From: an uncultured Roseovarius sp.
GTDB lineage: Bacteria; Pseudomonadota; Alphaproteobacteria; Rhodobacterales; Rhodobacteraceae
Assembly: GCF_947259555.1 (NCBI RefSeq)
Contig: NZ_CAMYMD010000100.1
Span: forward strand, 1,944-65,943
DNA length: 64,000 bases
Direction: 5' to 3'
Shown: positions 19,343 through 29,406 of the stretch, piece by piece
Position numbering within the stretch: the first letter of the stretch is position 1
How the letters are laid out: each line of letters opens with the position of its first letter
Translations under genes and position numbers: made by a program
The notes under the pieces: generated by a model
The model's input: the letters and a program-made list of their open reading frames with translations, nothing else
Told to the model about the DNA's origin: nothing
Databases searched by the model: none

Positions 19343-20403
19343 CCGGGCTGCACACCGACCTCATACGCCGGATCAGTGAGACCGGGCCGATCACCTTGGC
19401 CGACTTCATGGCGACCTGTTTGATGGACCCGACGCATGGCTACTACGCCACCCGCGATCCCTTTGGCACGGACGGCGATTTTGTCACCGCTCCCGAGATC
19501 AGCCAGATGTTTGGCGAGTTGCTCGGCTTGTGCCTTGCGCAATCCTGGCTGGATCAAGGACAGCCCGCTCCTTTTATCCTGGCAGAGCTAGGACCGGGGC
19601 GCGGGACACTCATGGCCGACATCCTGCGCGCCACACGCGCCATGCCCGGCTTTGCCGAGGCCGCAGAGGTGCATTTCGTCGAGGGCTCATCCGCATTGCG
19701 ACGCATTCAGGCCAAAACCGTTGGTCGGGATGATATTGTCTGGCATTCACACATCGAGAGCCTGCCCGATGCGCCGCTCTGGCTTGTCGCAAACGAGTTC
19801 TTTGACGCGCTGCCGATCCGCCAGTTTCAGCGCCACGACGATGCGTGGCGTGAGCGGGTCGTCGGGGTTCAGGACCAGACCCTCGCATTCGGTCTCGGCG
19901 GGCCGGTGGACCCTCCGGCGCTGACCGAGAGGCTTGACGATACCCGCGATGGCGATCTCGTCGAGATCTGCGGACCGGGCGAGGCCATCGCCGCCGGTAT
20001 CGGTCACCGCATTGCCACACAAGGCGGCGTCGCGCTGATCGTGGATTATGGAGACTGGCACTCCCTGGGCGACACATTTCAGGCGGTTCAGGGCCATGCC
20101 CCCGTCGATCCACTCTCAGAGCCGGGCGCGGCGGACCTGACCGCACATGTGGATTTTGAGGCGCTGGCGCGAGCGTCAGCCCCGTGCGCCCATACGCGCC
20201 TGACGCCGCAGGGCGTCTTTCTTGAGCGGCTTGGGATCGGCGCGCGGGCAGAGGCGCTGGCGCGCAATCTGGACGGCCCGGCACGCGAAAACCATCTCGC
20301 CGCATATCGACGCTTGACCGACCCTGCTGAAATGGGGAGGCTCTTCAAGGTGCTCGGCCTCTATCCCGAGACCGCCACGCCGCCACCCGGATTGGACCCA
20401 TGA
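19339..20403 (+). CDS. class I SAM-dependent methyltransferase (NDUFAF7/COG1565-like)
   Basis: The ATGA overlaps the lgt stop. Motif ..[28 protein letters not shown]... Confidence 0.75.
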   Translation: MTGLHTDLIRRISETGPITLADFMATCLMDPTHGYYATRDPFGTDGDFVTAPEISQMFGELLGLCLAQSWLDQGQPAPFILAELGPGRGTLMADILRATRAMPGFAEAAEVHFVEGSSALRRIQAKTVGRDDIVWHSHIESLPDAPLWLVANEFFDALPIRQFQRHDDAWRERVVGVQDQTLAFGLGGPVDPPALTERLDDTRDGDLVEICGPGEAIAAGIGHRIATQGGVALIVDYGDWHSLGDTFQAVQGHAPVDPLSEPGAADLTAHVDFEALARASAPCAHTRLTPQGVFLERLGIGARAEALARNLDGPARENHLAAYRRLTDPAEMGRLFKVLGLYPETATPPPGLDP

Positions 20404-21155
20404 CGCTCGAAATCCTGACCTCGGATAGCCTGGCACCACTGCGCCACGGGTTCTTTACCCGGCGGGGCGGGGCATCTTCGGGCGTGTTTTCCGGCCTCAA
20501 CTGCGGGCCGGGTTCTTCGGATCAATCCGATGTCGTCCGTATCAACCGGACGCGCGTGGCCGAGGCGATGGGCGTCCTGCCGGAAAATCTCATCACCGTG
20601 CATCAGGTGCATTCGGCCGATGTGGTGCCGATAAGCGGCCCGCTCGGAGCAAAACCGCGCGCCGATGCGATGGTCAGTGCGACCCCCGGCGTGGTGCTTG
20701 GCGTCCTGACCGCAGATTGCCAGCCAGTGCTCTTCGCGGATGCCGACGCCGGCGTCATCGGAGCCGCGCATGCTGGGTGGCGCGGAGCGCTCGATGGCGT
20801 GCTGGAGGCCACAGTCGACGGGATGGAACAATTGGGCGCGACCCGCTCCAGCATCACCGCCGTGATCGGGCCTTCGATTTCACAGGCCGCTTATGAGGTA
20901 GGGCCGGAATTCCTAGAAGATTTCCTTGCCGAAGACCCGGAGAACAGCTGGTTTTTCGCCAATGGCAAGGATGGGCGATATCACTTCGACCTGCCCGGCT
21001 ATGGTTTGCACCGGTTGCGCAGCGCGGGCATCGGCCTGGCAGAGTGGACGCGCCATTGCACCTATGTCGATCCCGCGCGGTTCTATTCATACCGGCGCAG
21101 CACCCATGCCGGCGAGGCCGATTATGGGCGCTTGATCTCGGCAATCCGCCTCTGA
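20400..21155 (+). CDS. pgeF: peptidoglycan editing factor PgeF (YfiH/DUF152)
   Basis: The ATGA overlaps the upstream gene. HGFFTR.GG, TADC.PVL and HAGWRG motifs. Confidence 0.8.
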   Translation: MTLEILTSDSLAPLRHGFFTRRGGASSGVFSGLNCGPGSSDQSDVVRINRTRVAEAMGVLPENLITVHQVHSADVVPISGPLGAKPRADAMVSATPGVVLGVLTADCQPVLFADADAGVIGAAHAGWRGALDGVLEATVDGMEQLGATRSSITAVIGPSISQAAYEVGPEFLEDFLAEDPENSWFFANGKDGRYHFDLPGYGLHRLRSAGIGLAEWTRHCTYVDPARFYSYRRSTHAGEADYGRLISAIRL

Positions 21156-21394
21156 TTGCGGCGTGAATCGGCCCCAAAGCACGGGTTTTTGGCAGAAATT
21201 AAGGCGCACCTTCTTCTTGAAATCAGGAAATTTCATTTTTTTCATAGAGTTATGAGGTGATCCCCGCCTCCCTGATCTGACCTGTCTTGCCTGAATTTTT
21301 ACCATTTCCGTCAAAACTTGGCCCCAAAGCCTGAGCATAGTTGCGAGTAGAGAAACAATGCGGCCTGCGGGTCCAGACCAAAGAGGACAGAGTC

Positions 21395-21532
21395 ATGAAA
21401 GCACGTTGGTTGAAATCCGTGGTGAAGCACAGCAAAGAGGCGGCACCGTCCCTGCCCTACTCCCGGTCGCAGCGACGCATGACACCGCGCGCACGGATCG
21501 TCGACTTGCCCAAGCCTGCAAAAACCGCCTGA
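21395..21532 (+). CDS. hypothetical small basic protein (45 aa)
   Basis: ATG preceded by AGAGGA. MKARWLKSVVKHSKEAAPSLPYSRSQRRMTPRARIVDLPKPAKTA. No family recognised. Confidence 0.2.
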   Translation: MKARWLKSVVKHSKEAAPSLPYSRSQRRMTPRARIVDLPKPAKTA

Positions 21533-21593
21533 TCAAGAGGGGTGGGGCGGTATCTCGAAGCTCCCGCTCCGAGTGCGCCGGAAAGATCGGGCT

Positions 21594-22460
21594 CTACGTT
21601 GCCTGCCGCTGACGCCAGAGCGTGAACAATCCCGCCGCCACGATCAGCGCACTGCCCAAGGCCACGTTCAGGCGGATGGCCTCGGAGAACACCACGATGC
21701 CGATGGTGCTGGCAAAGAGCAGTTGAAGGTAGGCAAAAGGCTGCACGGCGCTCGCTTCGGCCACTTCGTAACATTTGATCAGCGTGTAGTGGCCTGCCGC
21801 CCCTGTTATGCAAAGCGCACCCATCCAGATCCAGTCCGGGCGGGTCATCGGCTCCCAATACCACATGCCAACGGCGGTCATCGCCACCGAGCCCACCGTC
21901 CCGGTCCAGAAAAAACTGGTCGCGGCGCTGTCGAGCCGGGCGACGTATCGGGTCAGCAGCCCGTAGAGCGCGAACATAAGCGCGGCGATGAAGGGAACGA
22001 TGGCCTGCGGCTGGAACACGCCGATGCCGGGTTTGAGGATAATGATCACCCCAATAAAGCCCACGCCAATCGCGACCCAGCGCCGCCAGCCCACGCTCTC
22101 GCCCAGCACCGGCCCCGAAAGCGCGGCGATCAGCAACGGGTAACAGGCAAAGACCGCATGGCTCTCGACCAGACCCAGCAGAGTAAAGCCAAAGATCATC
22201 ACGCAGATCTCGGCCACCAGCAGCACGGCGCGAAATCCCTGCATCAGCGGCTGGCGCGTGGCGGCGGCGGCGCGCAGCCCACCGGCCTTGCGCGCGGCGA
22301 TGGACATCACGAAGGCGGCGAAGAACCAGTAGCGGATCATCACCACCATCAGGACATTATATTCGCCCGCCAGATGCCGCGAGATGCCATCCTGCACCGC
22401 GAAAATGAACGTGGTCAGCACCATCAACCAGATGCCGAGGCGGGTGTTTTGCAGGGTCAT
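21594..22460 (-). CDS. DMT (EamA) family transporter
   Basis: About 288 aa with 10 hydrophobic segments. Start MTLQNTRLGIW at 22460 overlaps the mnmD stop (ATGA). Confidence 0.75.
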   Translation of the reverse strand: MTLQNTRLGIWLMVLTTFIFAVQDGISRHLAGEYNVLMVVMIRYWFFAAFVMSIAARKAGGLRAAAATRQPLMQGFRAVLLVAEICVMIFGFTLLGLVESHAVFACYPLLIAALSGPVLGESVGWRRWVAIGVGFIGVIIILKPGIGVFQPQAIVPFIAALMFALYGLLTRYVARLDSAATSFFWTGTVGSVAMTAVGMWYWEPMTRPDWIWMGALCITGAAGHYTLIKCYEVAEASAVQPFAYLQLLFASTIGIVVFSEAIRLNVALGSALIVAAGLFTLWRQRQAT

Positions 22461-23173
22461 GGCTGGCCTTTCACAGCGGTGGTCATGTGCCGCTTGCGCC
22501 CATAACCCGCCTGACGGGTAACACAAAACCCGGCAGCCTCAAGACCCCTGCGGACAAAGCCCGCTGCGGTATAGGTCGCAGCGGTGCCTCCTGAACCGGT
22601 ATGGCGGGCAACCTCTGCCATCAGCTCCGGCTGCCACAGTTCGGGGTTCCTCGCCGGGGAGAACCCGTCCAGAAACCACGCATCGGCCAGGCCCGGCCAC
22701 GCCGCCACGGTTTCGCGCGCATCCCCCGTGACAAGGTGGAAACACAGGTCGGGCAGCTCGATCCGTTGCGACTGACCTTGCCAATGCGGCGCAAGCTCTG
22801 CTGCGATATCAGCCAGTTGCCCAAAGCGATCTTGCGCGCGGCGCATGTCGGCGGGTGCCATTGGAAAGGCTTCGAAACTGGTGAAATACAACCTTCCCGC
22901 ACAGCCCCTGTTACGCCACGCATCCAGAGCCGCCAAGAGATTCAGCCCGGTGCCAAACCCCAGCTCCGCAATGTGAAAGCCATCGGTGAACCGCGCTGGC
23001 AGATCGTTGCCGGCAAGAAACACGTGGCGGGTCTCTTCAAGCCCGTTTTCAAGGCTGAAATAGGGATCGTCGAATCGCGTCGAGACGGGAACATCGTCGT
23101 CGCGCCAGATCAGGTCTGCGGGATGGTCCTGCACGCGGCGATCCTCTAAGACAGGGGGGACGCGCGCAACCAT
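22457..23173 (-). CDS. mnmD: tRNA 5-methylaminomethyl-2-thiouridine methyltransferase (stand-alone MnmC methyltransferase domain)
   Basis: ..FDDPYFSLENGLEETRHVFL..ELGFGTGLN.. matches the N-terminal half of E. coli MnmC. Start is ATG 23173 (or TTG 23197). Confidence 0.7.
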   Translation of the reverse strand: MVARVPPVLEDRRVQDHPADLIWRDDDVPVSTRFDDPYFSLENGLEETRHVFLAGNDLPARFTDGFHIAELGFGTGLNLLAALDAWRNRGCAGRLYFTSFEAFPMAPADMRRAQDRFGQLADIAAELAPHWQGQSQRIELPDLCFHLVTGDARETVAAWPGLADAWFLDGFSPARNPELWQPELMAEVARHTGSGGTAATYTAAGFVRRGLEAAGFCVTRQAGYGRKRHMTTAVKGQP

Positions 23174-23190
23174 GGGGTGGGAACAGGCGA

Positions 23191-24225
23191 ATGGCAATGG
23201 CCGATGTCACGGTAAGGGGAGCGGGTATTTTCGGCCTCTCCGTCGCATGGGCCTGCCTGCGTCGCGGCGCGCGGGTGCGGGTGATCGACCCATATGGCCC
23301 CGGTGCCGGCGCGTCGGGTGGCGTGGTCGGGGCGCTCGCCCCGCATGTGCCGGAGAACTGGAATGAAAAGAAGGCGTTTCAGTTCGAGAGCCTGCTGATG
23401 GCCGAACAGTTTTGGGCCGAGGTCGCTGACATATCGGGGCTGTCGCCCGGCTATGCACGTCTGGGCCGGATACAGCCGATTACGGACGCTGCCGGATTAG
23501 CGCTCGCGCGGGCGCGCGAGCACGGTGCCGCACAGCTCTGGCAGGGCAAGGCGGGCTGGCATGTTGAGCAGGCTGACAACGCGTGGTGTCCCGCCAGCCC
23601 CAGCGGATACGTGATCCGGGATACGCTGACCGCACGGCTGCATCCCCGCCATGCCTGCGCCGCGCTTGTTGCGGCGCTGCGCGTGACGGGGGCGGATGTG
23701 GCGCCCGATGGCTCAGACGAGGGGCGCGTGCTCTGGGCCACCGGCGTCGCCGATCTCGAACGGCTGAACGCCACCCATCACCGTCTGGTCGGCAATGGCG
23801 TCAAGGGTCAGGGCGCAGTGCTGGATTTCGACGCCCGCGACCAGCCTCAGCTATTTGCCGACACGGTGCACATCGTGCCCCACGCCGACGGGACCACAGC
23901 CGTAGGCTCAACCTCCGAACGCGAATATAACGACCCAACCGACACCGACGCGCAGTTGGACGCCGTGATTGCACGGGCCCGTCAGGCGGTGCCCGCCCTG
24001 GCCGAAGCGCGTGTCATCGCACGTTGGGCCGGTGTGCGCCCGCGCTCGCGCTCGCGCGCGCCGATGCTCGGGGCACATCCACTGCATCCGGGCGCGTTCA
24101 TCGCCAATGGCGGGTTCAAGATCGGCTTTGGCATGGCACCCAAGGTGGCACAGGTGATGGCCGATCTGATGCTCGACGGTGTCGACCGCATCCCCGAGGG
24201 CTTTCGTCCCGAGGCATCGCTTTGA
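23191..24225 (+). CDS. FAD-dependent oxidoreductase (MnmC oxidoreductase-domain-like / DAO family)
   Basis: N-terminal dinucleotide-binding fold VRGAGIFGLSVAWAC. 344 aa, divergent from mnmD. Confidence 0.65.
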   Translation: MAMADVTVRGAGIFGLSVAWACLRRGARVRVIDPYGPGAGASGGVVGALAPHVPENWNEKKAFQFESLLMAEQFWAEVADISGLSPGYARLGRIQPITDAAGLALARAREHGAAQLWQGKAGWHVEQADNAWCPASPSGYVIRDTLTARLHPRHACAALVAALRVTGADVAPDGSDEGRVLWATGVADLERLNATHHRLVGNGVKGQGAVLDFDARDQPQLFADTVHIVPHADGTTAVGSTSEREYNDPTDTDAQLDAVIARARQAVPALAEARVIARWAGVRPRSRSRAPMLGAHPLHPGAFIANGGFKIGFGMAPKVAQVMADLMLDGVDRIPEGFRPEASL

Positions 24226-24236
24226 AAGGGCCAGAC

Positions 24237-24635
24237 ATGGCACCCAGGATTGACCGCATCGACCACCTTGTCCTGACCGTCGCGGACATCACGGCAACCA
24301 TCGCATTTTACCGCGACGCACTCGGCATGGACGCGGTGGTGTTTCATCCCTCGGATGGCACGACCCGGCATGCTCTGCGGTTCGGCACCCACAAGATCAA
24401 CCTGCACCCGGCGGGCGCGGAATATGAACCCAAGGCGAGTCATCCGCGTCCCGGCAGCGCCGATCTGTGTTTTCTCAGTCCGACTCCGCTTGCGGAATGG
24501 CAAGCGCATCTCGCGCGCCTCGGCGTGCCTGTCGAGCAAGGTCCGGTAGACCGGAGCGGCGCTGTGGGGTCACTACTGTCGATCTATCTACGTGACCCGG
24601 ATGGCAACCTCATCGAGATATCCAACCAGCAATAA
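24237..24635 (+). CDS. VOC (glyoxalase/dioxygenase) family protein
   Basis: 132 aa from ATG 24237. IDHLVLTV.D...FY ... DLCF ... RDPDGNLIE pattern. Confidence 0.7.
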   Translation: MAPRIDRIDHLVLTVADITATIAFYRDALGMDAVVFHPSDGTTRHALRFGTHKINLHPAGAEYEPKASHPRPGSADLCFLSPTPLAEWQAHLARLGVPVEQGPVDRSGAVGSLLSIYLRDPDGNLIEISNQQ

Positions 24636-24640
24636 CGCAG

Positions 24641-25111
24641 TCAGACCCGGTGATAGGGACTACCGGCGAGGATCGAGGCGGCGCGGTAGAGCTGTTCGCT
24701 CAGCATCACCCGGGCCAGCATATGCGGCCAGACCATCTTGCCAAATGACAGCGAAAAATCGGCCTGCGCGCGCAAGCCCGGCGCAATTCCGTCCGCGCCG
24801 CCGAGGACAAAGGCCACATCGCCGCGCCCGGCATCGCGCCATCCGGCCAGACGGTCTGAAAAGTCAGGGGAAGACATGAGCGTGCCACGCTCATCCAGCA
24901 CCACGATCACCGCGCCCTTGGGGATCACACGCTCCAGCAGGGCGGCTTCGGCCTCCATGCCGCCGCCCTTCTTGTCCTCGACCTCGTGCAGAGCAAGCGG
25001 GCCGAGGCCCAGCGCCCGCCCCGTTCGGTCGAACCGGGTGATGTAATCGTCGATCAATGCGCGTTCCGGGCCGGTCCGCAACCGGCCCACCGCGCAGATA
25101 TGCACCCGCAT
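24641..25111 (-). CDS. rlmH: 23S rRNA (pseudouridine1915-N3)-methyltransferase
   Basis: 156 aa, SPOUT RlmH-like (..LDERG..SS..F..GGADG..), downstream of rsfS. Confidence 0.9.
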   Translation of the reverse strand: MRVHICAVGRLRTGPERALIDDYITRFDRTGRALGLGPLALHEVEDKKGGGMEAEAALLERVIPKGAVIVVLDERGTLMSSPDFSDRLAGWRDAGRGDVAFVLGGADGIAPGLRAQADFSLSFGKMVWPHMLARVMLSEQLYRAASILAGSPYHRV

Positions 25112-25477
25112 TCAGGCTTGGGTCGCTGCCGTCTGCCCGGTGGGCATCCACATCTTCTCAAGCTGATAGAACTCGCGCACTTCGGGGCGGAACACATGGA
25201 CGATCACATCGCCCGTGTCGATCAGCACCCAATCGCCGGTCTCCTTGCCCTCGGTGCGGGCCAGAACGCCGTGCTCCTGCTTGAGCCGATCCATCAGCTT
25301 TTCCGCGATCGACGAGACCTGCCGCGAAGAGCGGCCCGAGCAGATCACCATGTAATCACCAATGGCAGTCTTGCCGCGCAGATCAATCTGCACGACATCC
25401 TCGGCCTTGTCGTCTGAAAGGGATTGAAGGATCGCCGCAAGCTGCGCTTCGCTATCTGCGACCGTTCCGGGCGTCAT
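25112..25477 (-). CDS. rsfS: ribosome silencing factor
   Basis: ..DDKAEDVVQIDLRGKTAIGDYMVICSGRSSRQV..GDWVLIDTGDVIVHVF... Start at 25477. Confidence 0.85.
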   Translation of the reverse strand: MTPGTVADSEAQLAAILQSLSDDKAEDVVQIDLRGKTAIGDYMVICSGRSSRQVSSIAEKLMDRLKQEHGVLARTEGKETGDWVLIDTGDVIVHVFRPEVREFYQLEKMWMPTGQTAATQA

Positions 25478-25658
25478 CGAAAACGCCCCCTGCTCAGCGG
25501 CGCCTGCCGCATGCGTCGTAAAAGACAGGACATAGTCCTCCTCTCTGGCACACCGCAAAGCCCCGGTGCCGGGCGTGCATTAAAAATAGCAAGACACACG
25601 TGACTTTTCAATGAAGCGCAACCCGAGATACGGTCACACACGCGAATATGCGTGATTT

Positions 25659-26972
25659 TTACCCATGGTTGGCCTCTTCGCCCAACATCCGAACCTCGCG
25701 TTGAGGGAACGGGATGGAAACACCATTTGCCTGAAACGCGTCCCAGAGGGCCAGATAGACATTACCGCGAATGTTTGTGAGGCCGCCGGTGGGATCGCGA
25801 ATCCAGAACCGCAGGATATAATCCACGCTGCTGTCGCCAAACCCCACGATATGGCAGACCGGCGGTTTGCTGCTCAACACACGGTCGACGCTCTTGGCCG
25901 CCTCGATGGCGATCTTGCGCACCTTGTGCGGGTCGTCGCCATAGGCCGTGCCGAAATAGATGTCGAGCCGCACGAAATCATTGGAATGGGACCAGTTGAC
26001 CACCTGCCCGGTGATCAGGTCCTCGTTCGGGATGAGATATTCGCGCCCGTCGCGCGTGGTGATCGACACATAGCGCGCGCCGAGGCTGTTGATCCAGCCA
26101 AAGGTCTCACCAAGGCTGATCACGTCGCCGGGCTTGATCGACTTGTCGAGCAGGATGATCACGCCCGAAACAAGGTTCGACACCACTTTTTGCAGACCAA
26201 ACCCAAGCCCCACGCCGATGGCGCCTGACAGCACCGCAAGGCCCGTCAGATCGACACCCACCGTGCGCAGGCCGATGAAGAACGCCGCGCCATAAAGCAG
26301 CACTTGCAGGAACTTGACCACCAGCACCTGCATCGAGGGCGAAATATCGGCGTTCTTGCGCACCTGCGCCGCGCTGGTGGTCGAGATGAAGCGCGCCATG
26401 GCAAACAGCACGCCGATCACGATCACCGCCTGCACGATCAGCCAGAGCGACAGCCGCGTCTCGCCAAACTCGACCGCCCAGCCATCGAGCAGGGTTTGCG
26501 CCTCCTCGGTCAGGTTCAGGATGCTGAGCGTGACCCATGTCCAGGCCGCGTAGCGCACCAGCGCCCGCAGAAAACTGTTGCCGATCAGCCGCGTGACGAT
26601 GGCGATCATCAGCCATGCAAGGGCCAGTTCGGCGAAGATCGTCAGCAGATAGGATCGGCTGGGCCAGGTGTAGGTCTGCATCAGCCAGACCACCGGCCAG
26701 ATCAGCATCACGAAAAAGATCAGCCGCAATCGCCGGTGCAGCATGACCAGCAGGCGCATGCGCCATTTCGGCCAGCCCTCGCGCCGCCGCATCCATTCCC
26801 GGCAGGCCGGGCCAAGCAGGGCGTTCAGCAGATGCGCCAGCCCGAACAGACCGACGGCGATGACGATCTGATACGCATTCCACGGGCGCAGCAGGCTGCG
26901 CAGGAACAATTCAAGCTGCGCCCAGAGCCCGAGCGCGATATCCTGTGTCAACGTGACCGCATCACCTTCCAT
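25659..26972 (-). CDS. mechanosensitive ion channel (MscS family)
   Basis: Several N-terminal TM segments followed by the MscS core ..VSNLVSGVIILLDKSIKPGDVI... Start MEGDAVTL at 26972. Confidence 0.8.
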   Translation of the reverse strand: MEGDAVTLTQDIALGLWAQLELFLRSLLRPWNAYQIVIAVGLFGLAHLLNALLGPACREWMRRREGWPKWRMRLLVMLHRRLRLIFFVMLIWPVVWLMQTYTWPSRSYLLTIFAELALAWLMIAIVTRLIGNSFLRALVRYAAWTWVTLSILNLTEEAQTLLDGWAVEFGETRLSLWLIVQAVIVIGVLFAMARFISTTSAAQVRKNADISPSMQVLVVKFLQVLLYGAAFFIGLRTVGVDLTGLAVLSGAIGVGLGFGLQKVVSNLVSGVIILLDKSIKPGDVISLGETFGWINSLGARYVSITTRDGREYLIPNEDLITGQVVNWSHSNDFVRLDIYFGTAYGDDPHKVRKIAIEAAKSVDRVLSSKPPVCHIVGFGDSSVDYILRFWIRDPTGGLTNIRGNVYLALWDAFQANGVSIPFPQREVRMLGEEANHG

Positions 26973-27069
26973 GCCTGGCAGAGTGGCACGCGCCTGACGC
27001 CCCCACAAGGCCGCACTGGACAAGGGGCGGGAATCCGGTTCTTTTCCCGGGAACCGAAGGAGGAGCGCC

Positions 27070-27999
27070 ATGACCACTGCCCTGATCACCCATCCCGATT
27101 GTCTGGGGCACGAACCGCCCGACGGCCACCCGGAGCAGGTGGCCCGGCTGGAGCGGGTTCTGACAGCGCTCAAAGACAAGGACGTGACCCGCATTGCCGC
27201 GCCGCTGGTGGCTGAGGACGACCTGCTGCGCGTCCATCCCAGGCGCTATATCGACGCGATCCGCGCCGCCGCCCCCGAAGAGGGGCTGGGGCAGCTTGAC
27301 GGAGATACATGGATGTCGCCGGGCAGCCTTGCGGCGGCGCATCGCGGTGCCGGTGGCGCGATCCGCGGCGTCGATCTGGTGCTGTCGGGCGAGGCGCGGA
27401 ACGCCTTTGTCGCCAGCCGCCCGCCGGGGCATCATGCCGAGCGCGAGACCCCGATGGGCTTTTGTCTCTTCGGCAATGTCGCCGCGGCGGCGAAATACGC
27501 GCTCGATCATCACCGGCTGGGCCGCGTCGCGGTGGTGGATTTCGATGTGCATCACGGCAATGGCACGCAGGATCTGCTTGAGGACGAGCCGCGCGCGCTC
27601 TTTGCGTCGTCGCATCAGTATCCGCTCTGGCCCGGCACCGGCGCCCCGGATGAGACCGGGCCGCACGACACGATCCTCAACGTGCCGCTCGCGCCGCGCT
27701 CGGGCGGCGAGGCGTTCCGCCGCGCCTATGAGGAGACGGTTTTTCCACGTGTCCGCGCCTTCAAGCCCGATCTGATAATCGTTTCCGCCGGCTTCGACGC
27801 GCATCGCGACGACCCGCTGGCGGAGCTGATGCTGGAAACCGAGGATTTCGCCTGGATCACCGAACGGCTCTGCGATCTGGCGGATGAGCTTTGCGCGGGC
27901 CGCCTCGTGAGCTGTCTTGAGGGCGGCTATGACCTGCATGCCCTCGCCGAGAGCGCGGCGGCGCATGTCGATGTGCTGATCAAACGCGGCACCGCCTGA
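27070..27999 (+). CDS. histone deacetylase-family amidohydrolase
   Basis: RPPGHHA, DFDVHHGNGTQ and EGGY motifs. 309 aa. Confidence 0.85.
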   Translation: MTTALITHPDCLGHEPPDGHPEQVARLERVLTALKDKDVTRIAAPLVAEDDLLRVHPRRYIDAIRAAAPEEGLGQLDGDTWMSPGSLAAAHRGAGGAIRGVDLVLSGEARNAFVASRPPGHHAERETPMGFCLFGNVAAAAKYALDHHRLGRVAVVDFDVHHGNGTQDLLEDEPRALFASSHQYPLWPGTGAPDETGPHDTILNVPLAPRSGGEAFRRAYEETVFPRVRAFKPDLIIVSAGFDAHRDDPLAELMLETEDFAWITERLCDLADELCAGRLVSCLEGGYDLHALAESAAAHVDVLIKRGTA

Positions 28000-28027
28000 A
28001 AGCCGTCCCCAAAAGGAACCCCGATCC

Positions 28028-29200
28028 ATGCGTGCCGGTCTGGCCCTGCTGTGCCTCGCCTATGTGCTGAGCCAGTTCTTTCGTGCCTTCCTGGCGGTTC
28101 TGAGCGGGCCATTGGCGCGCGATATCGGCACCACGCCGGACGATCTGGCCTTCGCCTCGGGGCTGTGGTTCGTGATCTTCGCCGCCATGCAGATCCCGGT
28201 GGGCTGGGCGCTCGACCGGATCGGCCCGCGCCGCAGCGCCGCCATGCTCCTGCTGATCGGCGGCGGCGGCGGTTCGGCCCTCTTCGCGCTGGCGACGACA
28301 CCGCTGCATATCAGCCTCGCGATGGGGCTCATCGCGGTGGGCTGCTCGCCGGTGCTGATGGCGTCCTACTACATCTTCGCGCGACAGTTTCCGCCGGCGC
28401 GCTTTGCCACGCTTGCCGCCTTGATGCTGGGGGTGGGATCGGTGGGCAACCTGGTGGCCGCCTGGCCGATGGCCTGGGCGGCGGAAACCATAGGCTGGCG
28501 CGCGGCACTCTGGGGGTTGGCGGGCATATCGGCGGTCATCGCCCTCGGCATTCAGACCCTCGTGCGCGACCCCGAGGCGGTCACCGGCGAGCAGCGCGGC
28601 TCGGTGCTCGACCTGCTGAAGATGCCCGCCCTCTGGACGATCCTGCCGCTGATGTTCGTGGCCTATGCGCCCGCCGCGGCGCTGCGCGGGCTTTGGGCGG
28701 GGCCGTACCTTCGGGATGTCTTCGCGCTCGACACCGGGCAGGTCGGGCAGGCGACGCTGGTGATGGGGCTGGCGATGGTCGCGGGCACGCTGGCCTATGG
28801 CCCGCTCGACCGGGTGTTCCAGACCCGCAAATGGGTGATCTTCACCGGCAACCTGATCTGTGCGCTGGCCACCTTCGCGCTGATGCTCTGGCCGGAGACG
28901 AGCCTTGCGCTCTCCATCGCCCTTCTGGCGATCATCGGCTTTGCCGGCGCGACCTTTCCGGTCATCATCGCGCATGGTCGCAGCTTCTTCCCGCCGCATC
29001 TGGCGGGGCGGGGCGTCACGCTGCTCAACCTCTTCGGCGTCGGCGGGGTCGGCGTGGCGCAATTCGCCTCCGGCCCGTTGCATGCGGCGGCGGCCCCCGC
29101 TGGCCCGCTGGCGGGATATGTGGCGATCTTTGGGCTGTTCGGCGTCGCACTGCTGGCCGGGCTGGCGATCTATCTCTTCAGCCGCGACAGCATGGGGTGA
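28028..29200 (+). CDS. MFS transporter
   Basis: 390 aa with ~12 hydrophobic segments. The G..LDRIGPRR loop motif lies between TM2 and TM3. Confidence 0.75.
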   Translation: MRAGLALLCLAYVLSQFFRAFLAVLSGPLARDIGTTPDDLAFASGLWFVIFAAMQIPVGWALDRIGPRRSAAMLLLIGGGGGSALFALATTPLHISLAMGLIAVGCSPVLMASYYIFARQFPPARFATLAALMLGVGSVGNLVAAWPMAWAAETIGWRAALWGLAGISAVIALGIQTLVRDPEAVTGEQRGSVLDLLKMPALWTILPLMFVAYAPAAALRGLWAGPYLRDVFALDTGQVGQATLVMGLAMVAGTLAYGPLDRVFQTRKWVIFTGNLICALATFALMLWPETSLALSIALLAIIGFAGATFPVIIAHGRSFFPPHLAGRGVTLLNLFGVGGVGVAQFASGPLHAAAAPAGPLAGYVAIFGLFGVALLAGLAIYLFSRDSMG

Positions 29201-29406
29201 CGGCGCTCTTTGCAGCACGATCCGAAGCGGCATCCGGGCGTCGTGGTCACGACATGCACCCCATGAGCGGCGATGCCGAAAGGCTTGCCCGGTGCCGGTG
29301 AGGGGGCTATGCTCCGTCATCTTTGGATGGCAGGTGGATTTGAGGGCGACGCCCGTACTCTCCGGGCGGATGCTCTGCAAGTGGACAGGTCGGGAAGGGT
29401 ATTGCT

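Noticed and set aside
21087-21338. A minus-strand ORF starting MKKMKFPDFKKK.. in the AT-rich region after pgeF.
   Set aside because: Most of it runs antisense through the pgeF 3' end, and the sequence has no family resemblance. It is more likely chance.
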